Source of the DNA: Phycisphaeraceae bacterium
GTDB lineage: Bacteria > Planctomycetota > Phycisphaerae > Phycisphaerales > Zrk34
Direction: 5' to 3'
Length of the DNA stretch: 43,897 bases
Assembly (NCBI GenBank): GCA_040905565.1
Contig: JBBDRF010000030.1
Coordinates: 1 to 43,897 of the forward strand
A program made the position numbers and the translations under genes. A model generated the notes under the pieces. That model saw only the letters and a list, made by a program, of their open reading frames with translations, did not search any database and was not told the origin of the DNA. Shown here one piece after another: positions 18,534 through 27,248 of the stretch (its first letter is position 1; the number at the start of each line of letters is the position of its first letter).

Positions 18534-19643
18534 GTGCTGAGGACGGCGTTTTATCAGTTCCATCTGGATCGCGGCGGGAAGATGGTCGACTTTGCCGGCT
18601 GGGAAATGCCGCTGCATTACGGCTCGATCCTCGATGAGCATCATGCCGTCCGCAACGGCGTGGGCATCTTCGACGTCTCGCACATGGGCCGAATCTACTT
18701 CGGTGGCCGGCACGCGCGACGCTTCCTCGAACGCATCTGCACCCGCCGCATCAGCGACATGGAAGTCGGCCAGTGCCGCTACAGCCTGGTCTGCAACGAA
18801 CAGGGCGGCGTGAAGGACGACGTGCTCGTCTACCGCTTCGACAACCAATGGCTGATGGTCTGCAATGCCTCGAACCGCGAGAAACTGCTCGAGCACTTCC
18901 AGCAGAACACCGGCGACCTCTCAGTCAAAATCGAAGACCGCACGCAGAAGACCGCCATGGTCGCGCTGCAGGGGCCCCAGGCGATGGACCTCATCGGTCG
19001 ATTCAGCAACGAAGTGCCCAGCCTGAAACGCTTCCGCTTCGTGCAGAAAAACCTGCTGATCCTGAAGCTCGCCATCTCGCGCACCGGCTACACCGGCGAA
19101 GACGGCGTGGAAGTGATCATGCCGGCGAACATGATCCAGATGGCCATCAAGCTGTTCCTCAAGGACGGCGACGGCGAATCGAAGGTCGTCCCCGTCGGCC
19201 TCGGTGCACGCGACACGCTTCGCCTAGAGGCGGGCCTGCCGCTCTACGGCCACGAGCTGACCGAGGAGATCAACCCGCTCGAGGCGGGGCTCGGGTTCGC
19301 CGTGTCGCTGGATAAAGACACCGACGATCAATACGGCGAGCCGGAGCCGTTCATCGGTCAGCCCGCTTTGCAGAAGGTCGCCGCCGACGGACCGACGCGG
19401 AAGCTGGTGGGCCTCAAGCTCGAAGGCAAACGCACCGCACGCCAGCACATGACCGTGCGAAGCGAAGGCAAAACCGTGGGCGAAATCACCAGCGGCTGCC
19501 TCTCCCCAACGCTCGGCTACTCCATCGCGATGGCGCTGGTCGATCAGGCGCACGGTGCAGTCGGCACCACGCTGAACGTCGACCTCGGCAGCAACGGAGC
19601 CGCGGCGGAAGTGGTGAAGCTGCCTTTCTATAAGAAGGGCTGA
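18534..19643 (+). CDS. gcvT: Glycine cleavage system aminomethyltransferase T
   Basis: FAGWEMP, FDVSHMG, SRTGYTGEDG, GLGARDTLRLEAGLPLYG; GTG start after gagagga RBS. Confidence 0.95.
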   Translation: MLRTAFYQFHLDRGGKMVDFAGWEMPLHYGSILDEHHAVRNGVGIFDVSHMGRIYFGGRHARRFLERICTRRISDMEVGQCRYSLVCNEQGGVKDDVLVYRFDNQWLMVCNASNREKLLEHFQQNTGDLSVKIEDRTQKTAMVALQGPQAMDLIGRFSNEVPSLKRFRFVQKNLLILKLAISRTGYTGEDGVEVIMPANMIQMAIKLFLKDGDGESKVVPVGLGARDTLRLEAGLPLYGHELTEEINPLEAGLGFAVSLDKDTDDQYGEPEPFIGQPALQKVAADGPTRKLVGLKLEGKRTARQHMTVRSEGKTVGEITSGCLSPTLGYSIAMALVDQAHGAVGTTLNVDLGSNGAAAEVVKLPFYKKG

Positions 19644-19678
19644 GGGTGCGTTCGTAAACGACGATCCGCACATCCTCA

Positions 19679-19710
19679 AAGAGCCGGGTTGTCCCCAACC
19701 CGGTCGTGCC
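19679..19710 (+). repeat. REP family B single unit
   Basis: aagagccgggttgtccccaacccggtcgtgcc; cf. 28635-28715 and 38733-38753. Confidence 0.75.
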
Positions 19711-19731
19711 CGACGCTTGCAGATGCGCAGC

Positions 19732-21483
19732 TCACGCGTGAGGGTCGTGAAGATCTGCTTTGCGCAGCAGCGTGTTAGCGGGGACATCTCTGCTCAGCTG
19801 CTGTCCGATCACCTGCTCAAACTGGCGAGCCGGAATGCCGGTGCCGGGGCGTTTGATCGTCAAATCACCACGTTCAATGATGTCGCCTTTGCGAAGCGGC
19901 CGAGTAGTGCATACGCTCTGCCGGGCGACGCGGCGGACGTCGTGCTCAACGGGAAGAAGCCGACGTTCGCCCCCCCTGCCGAGCATGCGTTCCGCTTTAC
20001 GGATGAGGGCGACGTAGCGCGTGAACTGCTCCACGTCGAAGCTTGCTGCATGATCCGGACCCACGGCTGAACGGTCGTACGTCAGATGCTTTTCGACGAC
20101 CGTCGCACCGCACGCCACAGCCAGCATCCCGGTTTCCATCTCGCTCGTGTGATCGGAATACCCCGCCCCCCCACCTCCCCCCCCACTGTTGTTCATCCGG
20201 GCGATCCAGCGCAATTGTGCGTCGGCTTGCTGCGTCGGATAGGCACTGATGCAATGCATGAGGGTGCATCGCTGTCGGCAGCGGCCCGTCCACGTGCGCA
20301 GTTGCTGAAGCTCCGCTTCCGTGCACGCGCCCGTCGAGATAAGCATCGGCTTGCCCAGGGCCGCGAGGGCCTCGAGCAGCGGCAGGTTCACCGCGTCGGG
20401 CGAAGCAACCTTCACCGCATCCACATTCAGCCGCTTCAGCACGGCCACATCACCCAGACTGAAACACGTCGCGACGAACCCGAGCCCCAGCCTCCGAGCA
20501 GCCGCCCGAACCTGCATCAGCTGATCTTCATCAAGTTGCAACCGCTCGAGCATCGCGCGTGCATCGTCCGCCGCGGCAGTCTGGTAACCCGCCAGCTCCG
20601 CCTGCTCGCTCAGCAGGTCGACCGCGTTGAAAACCTGCACCTTGATCGCGTCGGCGCCGGCTGCCCCGGCGTGCCCGGTCAGCTCCAGCGCCCGCTCCAG
20701 CGAGCCGTCGTGATTCACGCCCAGCTCCGCGACCACGTAGACGCCCTGCTGCCGGTCACCATCCGCCGCCGCTGATGTTGCCCGGGTCGTCAGCATCCCC
20801 TCCGCCACGGCGAGGTCGGCCGCCGTGTCCACATCCACCACGTCGCCCGGCTGCGTGATGACCGCACGCTGATCATGCCCGAGGAACGCGTGCGGCTCCT
20901 CCGGTTGCACGCTGAACAGCGCCGCCCGCTGCACGGCGATCAGCCCGCCGTCGAGCATGTAAAGCTTCTCCAGATCCTGCCGCCGATACACGCGATTCGC
21001 CACGTAAGGCTCAATCGCGTCACCGCCCTGCCCGCTCAGCCGCTTCATCCAGAACGGATGCATCTTGCCGACTTCACTGAGCGACTGCACCGAATCGCAA
21101 CCCGTCTCACGCAGTTTCGCCACCGCAGCATCGACCAGGCCCGCCGGCCGAACGGGAACGTTGGCGTAAAGAATGACGACAGCGTCGAAGCGTTCCCAAC
21201 GATCCGCCTCGACCGCCTCCACGGCGTGGCGCGCCGCAGCATCCACGGTGGCCGTATCACTCGCCAGATCACCCGGCCGCCCAACAACACGCACGTTCAT
21301 CAGGCGAGCCACGTCGGCGATCGCTTCGCCATCCGTCGACACAACCAGTTCATCAAGCGAACGTGCCGCCCGGGCGTGGTCGATCGTCCATGCAATCATC
21401 GGTCGCCCGGCCACGCTCAACGCGTTCTTGCCGGGCAAGCCCTTGCTCCCCGCCCGCGCCAGAATCACACCCAGAGTTCGCAT
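19732..21483 (-). CDS. Bifunctional acylneuraminate cytidylyltransferase (NeuA-like) / nonulosonate synthase (NeuB-like, with SAF domain)
   Basis: N-term ILARAGSKGLPGKN...GRPMIAWTI, RRQDL, DVD; C-term AELGVNHDG, KVQ, GYSDHT, VEKHLT, KRPGTGI. Confidence 0.9.
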   Translation of the reverse strand: MRTLGVILARAGSKGLPGKNALSVAGRPMIAWTIDHARAARSLDELVVSTDGEAIADVARLMNVRVVGRPGDLASDTATVDAAARHAVEAVEADRWERFDAVVILYANVPVRPAGLVDAAVAKLRETGCDSVQSLSEVGKMHPFWMKRLSGQGGDAIEPYVANRVYRRQDLEKLYMLDGGLIAVQRAALFSVQPEEPHAFLGHDQRAVITQPGDVVDVDTAADLAVAEGMLTTRATSAAADGDRQQGVYVVAELGVNHDGSLERALELTGHAGAAGADAIKVQVFNAVDLLSEQAELAGYQTAAADDARAMLERLQLDEDQLMQVRAAARRLGLGFVATCFSLGDVAVLKRLNVDAVKVASPDAVNLPLLEALAALGKPMLISTGACTEAELQQLRTWTGRCRQRCTLMHCISAYPTQQADAQLRWIARMNNSGGGGGGAGYSDHTSEMETGMLAVACGATVVEKHLTYDRSAVGPDHAASFDVEQFTRYVALIRKAERMLGRGGERRLLPVEHDVRRVARQSVCTTRPLRKGDIIERGDLTIKRPGTGIPARQFEQVIGQQLSRDVPANTLLRKADLHDPHA

Positions 21484-21567
21484 CCGCTTCTTATATCACA
21501 CAGCAATCGCATTCGGCGTGAGACGTCCACACCACCACCGACGCCCAACTTGGGTCACGGAAAAACA

Positions 21568-21685
21568 ACCACAGAGCCACAGAGGGGGAGGAGGAAGAGA
21601 AAGGCAAAGATTCTGGTTTAGGATTCCGATCTTTTACTTCGGTTTTCTCTTCTTCCTACCTCCTCTTCCTCTGTGACGCTGTGGT
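21568..21685. repeat. Family D long-inverted-repeat (MITE-like) element, copy 2
   Basis: accacagagccacagagggggaggagg ... cctcctcttcctctgtgacgctgtggt. Confidence 0.8.
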
Positions 21686-21751
21686 TATTCTTTCCGAAAC
21701 TTCCGCGACGGAGCGTGATGCGGTTCATCACAGTCTCGCGAAGCGTCACAT

Positions 21752-24700
21752 TCACGGCCGATGCCATGCTGAGCAGTTGGCGCACAGCGGATGCTCCGCC
21801 CAACGCCCCGCTGCGTGCATGGCCCGAACGTCGGCGACCTCCTGCGTCCCCTCGCCGAGCCAGTCCTGATCGCACAGCGCCCGGCGACCGTCGCTGAGAA
21901 TGCTCATCCGCTTACCGAGTTGCCGACACGGCTGCCGTTTCCCGCCGGCCATGTCGACCAGCGCCGCGTTCGGAATCTTCCCGCAACCCGTACTGGGACT
22001 GTCGATCACGGCCGCCTGGCAGAAGTAGGTCCAGCGATCAAAAAAGCCTTCGATTTCCGCCACGTTCTCCGCAACTTTGATCAGACGGGGGACAATCCAC
22101 GTCGGCCCCTCATGCGGGCGATCGCGCTGGTGCTCCAGCAGATGCTCGATGTTGTGCAGCACGTGGTCGAACCGGTCGATGCCCATCAGCTTGGCGTAGG
22201 TCTCAGCGGTGTCGGCATTCAGGCGAACGCTGACCACGTCCACCGCCGACCGGGCGAGGCGATCGATCACGTCGCGGTCGGCGAGCAGGTCCGTCTCAAG
22301 ATGCACGGCACGAATGCCCGCCGCCTTCGCGGCATCGGCGACGGCTTCCCAGTCCGCGTGCAGCAGCGGATCGCCGAGGCCGCCGAGCGTGAGGGTGATG
22401 TCGGGCGTGGCGGCAAGGTCATCGATCAGTCGGCGAGCGGTGGCGAGCGGCATGTCCTGCCGATCGATGCGAAGATGCCCCTGCGGAACGATCGGGCCAG
22501 TCGGCAGCCGACGTGCGGTCAGCTCCAACGTCGCATGTTGAGGGGGCCTGTCGGTGTCGGCAACCTGCTGCAGACGCTCAGCAAGTTCGGCGGCGGGTAG
22601 ATCGGCGTCCTCGCTGGCGGCTTCCAAAAGCGTCCGCCAGCGACCGGCATCGCACGTGAAGCGGGCATGGTTGCCGAGGTCACGCAGGATCGGTTCAATC
22701 TGCACGCAGAGGTCCTTGGCGATCGGGTCGCCCTGCGGCCGCTGAACCGAGTATTCAACCAGCGCGCCGATGCTGCTGCCGTTCTCGGCGAGTTCGTGCA
22801 TCAATCCACGGCCGACCACGCAGCCGCACAATCCGACCGCCGCCTGCGTGAAGACAAGGGGCAAACGTTTCGGATCGCGCGCGTGCCGGCTGATCACAGC
22901 ATCGCACAAGGCGTAATCGACGACGATCCAGTCGGGGCCGACCAACAGCCCCGCCGACGCGCCGACGGTGTCCATCGCTTCGAGCATGGCCTCAGGAGCA
23001 AGCAGTTCGTCATAGCAGGTCGTGCCGCCGAGGTTGCTGCGCCACGCGGTGGGGGCAAATGCGCGAGCGGCGAGGCGTCGACGGCGACCTTTATCACTGA
23101 GGGCCGCCTGCGTCTGCACCACGCGCACCCTGTCACCCGCCAACTGCTTCAGCTTCGCGATGGCCTGTTCGCCGAGCGTCGCATCATGCAAGACGACGAC
23201 GGCTTCCACATTCTCACAACGCAGCAGACGGTCGAGGGTGCGTGCAATGATGGGGCTGCCTTTGAACGTCTGCGTGACGGCTCGCTCATCGAACACCGGC
23301 ACAAGGGCAACGGCAAAGGCCTCCCCGCCCGCTCCCTCGGGGGAACTGGTCATGATTTTGCGAGGCGAACGGCCGCGAGCCTCTGGACCAACCATTCGGT
23401 CGGCAGCACCGTCGAGCAGGTCAAGCGTTTCAGCGCACGCATCATCAAGCCAACTGAGGTTAGTGATGTCGCGCTCGAGTTGGCGCTTCTGGCGATCGTG
23501 GGCATCAAGCTCGCTGGCCGCCGCCCCGATGGCGCGGTCAGCGCGCAGGCGATTGAACGCCCCCACCTGATTGACCGCATCGACTAATTTGAACGCATCG
23601 TCAAGCGTCGCCACCCGCTTGCGCTGCCGCTCCAGCTGTTTGAAATGCCGGCCCATGCGATGGTGATCGCCCTGATCGTGCAGCATCTGATGGAGAAGTT
23701 TGAGCGTCTGCTGCGTGGTCTGCTGCAGTTGTTGTGTCTGCTTGATGCGCTGCTGCACGCGTTCGCGAGCGGTGCGCAGTCTCGCCTCGTTCAGCTGTCC
23801 CGTCGGGACGGGCAACGTAATGATCGATTGCGGGGGGGCCCCGGCCAGCGAGCGTTCAGCGAGACGGCCGGGTTCGCCCGGACCGCTCGGAGTTTGTGAC
23901 AGAGTCGGATCCCCCGCCCGGCCGTCTGCGCTGGCCGGGGCACCCCTGTGCGTTCGGCCCGGCGCATAACTCTCGAGGGCCTGGCCGAGCGGCATGATCT
24001 GAGTATTGCGTTTGGGAAGCCCGCCTTCCGTGGCGTCAATGATCGTTTGCTCAGCTTCGGCGAAATCGCGTTCGAATTGACTGAGGTACGTCAGCATCTG
24101 CTGGTCGGCGTAGATGGGGCGGCCGTGGATGTCATCGCGTTTATTAAGATGATGCTTATGTCGCGCGATGCGTTTCCACTCCATCGTTTCTAATGTATTG
24201 AAGATCCCTAGTTCGGGCGCCAACACCTGATGGATCGCGGTGCCGGGGCAGTAGTAAAGCCCGTCGGAGAAGCCGAGGTCCTGACCGGTGAGAATAATCG
24301 GATCGCAACCGAGGTACTGCGCGAGGTAAAGCGAAAGATGCGCCACCGTCGACCCGGCAGGCAGGCCCGCGTGCGGTGCATCAGTCGCGTCTTTATTAAG
24401 AAGCGTATCGAGAAACTTATGTTGGAGAATGCGGACCGGGCCGGGGTAGTGATCGAGAATGAGGGGATTAGCTTTGGGCTCGGCGATCAGGGTTACGTCG
24501 GGCAGATCGGGCAGACCATCGTAGAAGCGACGGGAGATTTCGTGATAGTCCAGTGCGGTGACGAAGTGGGGGCGAATGTTGTAATCGAGCAGCAGCTTCA
24601 ACACGGTCTGGGCAGCGATGATGATGACGCGGTCGCGGACGCCTGGCTTTGCAAGCAGGTCGATATTTTTCGCCAGCGACGGACCGGCAGCGACGAGGAC

Positions 24701-25426
24701 GGCGGGCTTGCCGACGGCTGTGTTCTTAAGTTCGTTGATCGTGTTACCCGCTGCGTACCAGGCGGCGTTCTGCGTGAGGTTCCGCACAGTGATGCGGGCG
24801 TTCACCAGCGTGGTCGCAACGACGGTCCGGCAGTAATCAACAGCCTGCTTCAGTGTCTCGCAAAATGCCTGAACGCTCGGCCCGTCCAGCTGGCGCGTCG
24901 GCGGGTGGGTGATCAGTTGTAGCCCCTGCGTCACCATGGCGGCCCGGCGTTCCATGATCGGCGTCAGGGAAGGGCCCCGGCCGTCTTCACCAACCAGCAG
25001 GGCCAGACGATCCGCAACGAGGATGTCCGACACGTCGAGACGTTCGAGCACGGCACGAAGCAGACCCGCATCGGGTTCGTAAATCAGCAGCGCCGCTTTG
25101 CCGGCTATCGCGCGCATCGCCGACCGGAGGTGATACCCCAGGCCGAAACCGACGATCACAATGAGCCCGTGCGTTTGCACGTCGATGCGGGCGGCGATGC
25201 GGTCGGCCTCGCGCAGTGGATGCAGGCGACTGGCGAGGCTGATCGCAGTTTGCCGATGCGGCGCGGTGACCACGGCGGAGGGGGCGCCTGCGTCACGTGT
25301 CTCCAGCCATTGCACATCGGTGCGGGCCGTGGCGCGGCGCAGCTGCTCCGCAGCGGCGGGGTTGGTGCGCTCGAGGGCAGCGAGGTTTTTGTCGAGGGTA
25401 GAACGGCCGATGGCGGAGGGTCCCAT
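21752..25426 (-). CDS. Maf (DUF115/MptE-like) glycosyltransferase fused to SpsF-like, degenerate radical-SAM and SPASM domains
   Basis: GFGLGYH, AAGPSL, GSTVAH...GCDPIILTGQDLGF, DATEGG (Maf); GSPIIARTLDRL...PDWIVVD...RFTCD (SpsF-like); GGLGDPLLH (radical SAM barrel); CRQL...CDQD...CANC (SPASM). Confidence 0.8.
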   Translation of the reverse strand: MGPSAIGRSTLDKNLAALERTNPAAAEQLRRATARTDVQWLETRDAGAPSAVVTAPHRQTAISLASRLHPLREADRIAARIDVQTHGLIVIVGFGLGYHLRSAMRAIAGKAALLIYEPDAGLLRAVLERLDVSDILVADRLALLVGEDGRGPSLTPIMERRAAMVTQGLQLITHPPTRQLDGPSVQAFCETLKQAVDYCRTVVATTLVNARITVRNLTQNAAWYAAGNTINELKNTAVGKPAVLVAAGPSLAKNIDLLAKPGVRDRVIIIAAQTVLKLLLDYNIRPHFVTALDYHEISRRFYDGLPDLPDVTLIAEPKANPLILDHYPGPVRILQHKFLDTLLNKDATDAPHAGLPAGSTVAHLSLYLAQYLGCDPIILTGQDLGFSDGLYYCPGTAIHQVLAPELGIFNTLETMEWKRIARHKHHLNKRDDIHGRPIYADQQMLTYLSQFERDFAEAEQTIIDATEGGLPKRNTQIMPLGQALESYAPGRTHRGAPASADGRAGDPTLSQTPSGPGEPGRLAERSLAGAPPQSIITLPVPTGQLNEARLRTARERVQQRIKQTQQLQQTTQQTLKLLHQMLHDQGDHHRMGRHFKQLERQRKRVATLDDAFKLVDAVNQVGAFNRLRADRAIGAAASELDAHDRQKRQLERDITNLSWLDDACAETLDLLDGAADRMVGPEARGRSPRKIMTSSPEGAGGEAFAVALVPVFDERAVTQTFKGSPIIARTLDRLLRCENVEAVVVLHDATLGEQAIAKLKQLAGDRVRVVQTQAALSDKGRRRRLAARAFAPTAWRSNLGGTTCYDELLAPEAMLEAMDTVGASAGLLVGPDWIVVDYALCDAVISRHARDPKRLPLVFTQAAVGLCGCVVGRGLMHELAENGSSIGALVEYSVQRPQGDPIAKDLCVQIEPILRDLGNHARFTCDAGRWRTLLEAASEDADLPAAELAERLQQVADTDRPPQHATLELTARRLPTGPIVPQGHLRIDRQDMPLATARRLIDDLAATPDITLTLGGLGDPLLHADWEAVADAAKAAGIRAVHLETDLLADRDVIDRLARSAVDVVSVRLNADTAETYAKLMGIDRFDHVLHNIEHLLEHQRDRPHEGPTWIVPRLIKVAENVAEIEGFFDRWTYFCQAAVIDSPSTGCGKIPNAALVDMAGGKRQPCRQLGKRMSILSDGRRALCDQDWLGEGTQEVADVRAMHAAGRWAEHPLCANCSAWHRP
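23834..23945. repeat. REP family A inverted doublet located inside the Maf fusion CDS
   Basis: gggggccccggccagcgagcgttcagcgagacggccggg ... cccggccgtctgcgctggccggggcaccc. Confidence 0.9.
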
Positions 25427-25560
25427 GGGTGAACGCAGCGAAGGATCAGAAGGGGCTTTCTGTGCGCGGCATCCGGCCGCCCCTTGGGTTATGATGGCAG
25501 CAGCCGTTCACGATCCGCACCCGGGGTATTATCGGACGCTTTTACGAAGGGGCTTGAACA

Positions 25561-26175
25561 ATGCTCGGTGACGATTGGCCAAGCCCGCCCGCGTGGCAAT
25601 ATCTGCTGGTGGAGAACCCGTGGCCGCTGGGCGTGATCGGCGTCGCGGCGGCGGTGGTGCTGTTCGTCGTCGGCGGCCGGCAGGGCCGAGGCTCGCTGCA
25701 ACTGGGCGCGTTGGGGGCGCTCGTCGCGGCGATCGCGGTGTTCACGCTGGCGCATCTGGTCGAGACGCAGCGGGAGAAGCTGCAGTTCGCTTCGCGCGAG
25801 ATCGTCCATGCGTTCGCCGATCCCTTCGAGCCAATCCGCATCGAACGACAGATCGCCGACGACGTCACGCTCTTCGACACGCAGGTAGGCCACCTCATGC
25901 CCGTCGCCGAGCAGGCGGCGGAGGAGGCACGCGTCACGCAATATTTCATCCGTGACGTGCGTGTTGATCAGGACGGCCCGTATCATGCCCGCACCGGCGT
26001 CTCGGTGATCGGTCGCATGCAACATCGCGTGGGCGAAACCGGATTCAGCATTCAGGCCATCTTCCACTGGCGCAAACAGCCCGAGGGCGAGTGGAAACTC
26101 TACCGCGTGCGGGACCTCTGGTTCAACGGCGAAAACGCCGAAAGCCTCGTGCGGGAAATTACCCCGGGCTTTTGA
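25561..26175 (+). CDS. Hypothetical membrane protein (2 TM plus possible NTF2/SnoaL-like domain)
   Basis: Two hydrophobic helices followed by a soluble domain ending FHWRKQPEGEWKL; the fold call is inference. Confidence 0.6.
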   Translation: MLGDDWPSPPAWQYLLVENPWPLGVIGVAAAVVLFVVGGRQGRGSLQLGALGALVAAIAVFTLAHLVETQREKLQFASREIVHAFADPFEPIRIERQIADDVTLFDTQVGHLMPVAEQAAEEARVTQYFIRDVRVDQDGPYHARTGVSVIGRMQHRVGETGFSIQAIFHWRKQPEGEWKLYRVRDLWFNGENAESLVREITPGF

Positions 26176-26222
26176 CCACGCTACGATATATCTCAACCTT
26201 CCCTCCACCTCCAGGAGCTTCC

Positions 26223-27170
26223 ATGACTCATCACGCACGACTGACCACCTCGCTGTTGATCGCCACATTCGCGCTGGCGCTCCAACTCGGCGGAGGTGCC
26301 GCGGCAGCGCAGGACACGCTGGATCTCAGGCCGATCTGGAAAGAGGGCCAATCCGCACGCTACCGCATGACGACCACGCAAACGACGCTCGCAGAGATGC
26401 AGGGCATCCCCGATGCACAGCCGCAGCAGACTACGACGCTCTTCGAAGGTGAACTGACCTGGCGCGTCACGCGCGCCGACGAGAACGGCGGCGGCGAAGC
26501 GGAGATGACCATCGACGATCTGCGCATGACCATCACCGGCCCCGACGGTGAGCAGCGGTCGGCCTCGCCTCAGAGCGCCGACGAAATGATGGAGCCCGTC
26601 CAGCAGATGCTCACCGCGTTGGTCGGACGTCCGATCAGCTACGTGATCACCGCCGACGGCAACGTCGATTCGGTGCAGGGTTATGACGCGATCCAGCGGC
26701 AGGCTGGCGAAATGGGCGCGAGCATGGACGAGCGTTATTTCCGCAACCTCGGCCTCGATACGCTCGCCCTGGTCGGCGGCTCCCAAAACATGAACGTGGG
26801 GTCCAGCTGGCAGTCGCAGCAGTCGTCGTCGCATCAGTTCGGCGAGATCACGGCGGACGTGACCTACACCCTCGCAGGCGTGGAGGAGCCGGCCGGCGTG
26901 CCGACAGTGATGATCGAGCGGACCGCGTCGCTGGACCTCTCCCCCGAGCTGCCCGATCTGCCGCCGGATGGCCCGGAGGTTGCGTTTCAGCAGCTGGCGG
27001 GCGAGGCCAACGGGTTTCTGATGTTCGACCGGTCGCGCAATGAGGTCGTGGGCGTGTTCGAAAAGCAGGTGCTTTCGGCAGAGGTGAGCTTCATCACGCC
27101 CGACCGCCGCATGACGCAGACGATGACCGAGACGACCGACACCGAGGTGCTGCGCATCGCGGAGGAGTGA
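26223..27170 (+). CDS. Hypothetical secreted beta-rich protein (DUF6263-like)
   Basis: Signal peptide (...AAAAQD), ccagga RBS, Thr-rich beta pattern; family call tentative. Confidence 0.65.
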   Translation: MTHHARLTTSLLIATFALALQLGGGAAAAQDTLDLRPIWKEGQSARYRMTTTQTTLAEMQGIPDAQPQQTTTLFEGELTWRVTRADENGGGEAEMTIDDLRMTITGPDGEQRSASPQSADEMMEPVQQMLTALVGRPISYVITADGNVDSVQGYDAIQRQAGEMGASMDERYFRNLGLDTLALVGGSQNMNVGSSWQSQQSSSHQFGEITADVTYTLAGVEEPAGVPTVMIERTASLDLSPELPDLPPDGPEVAFQQLAGEANGFLMFDRSRNEVVGVFEKQVLSAEVSFITPDRRMTQTMTETTDTEVLRIAEE

Positions 27171-27192
27171 AACCGTGGGCGGCTGCACGCTT

Positions 27193-27225
27193 GGGTGCCC
27201 CGGCCAGCGCAGACGGCCGGGCGGG
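27193..27225 (+). repeat. REP family A single short unit
   Basis: gggtgccccggccagcgcagacggccgggcggg between convergent genes. Confidence 0.9.
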
Positions 27226-27248
27226 ACCACCATTTTTGCGTGCCCCTG

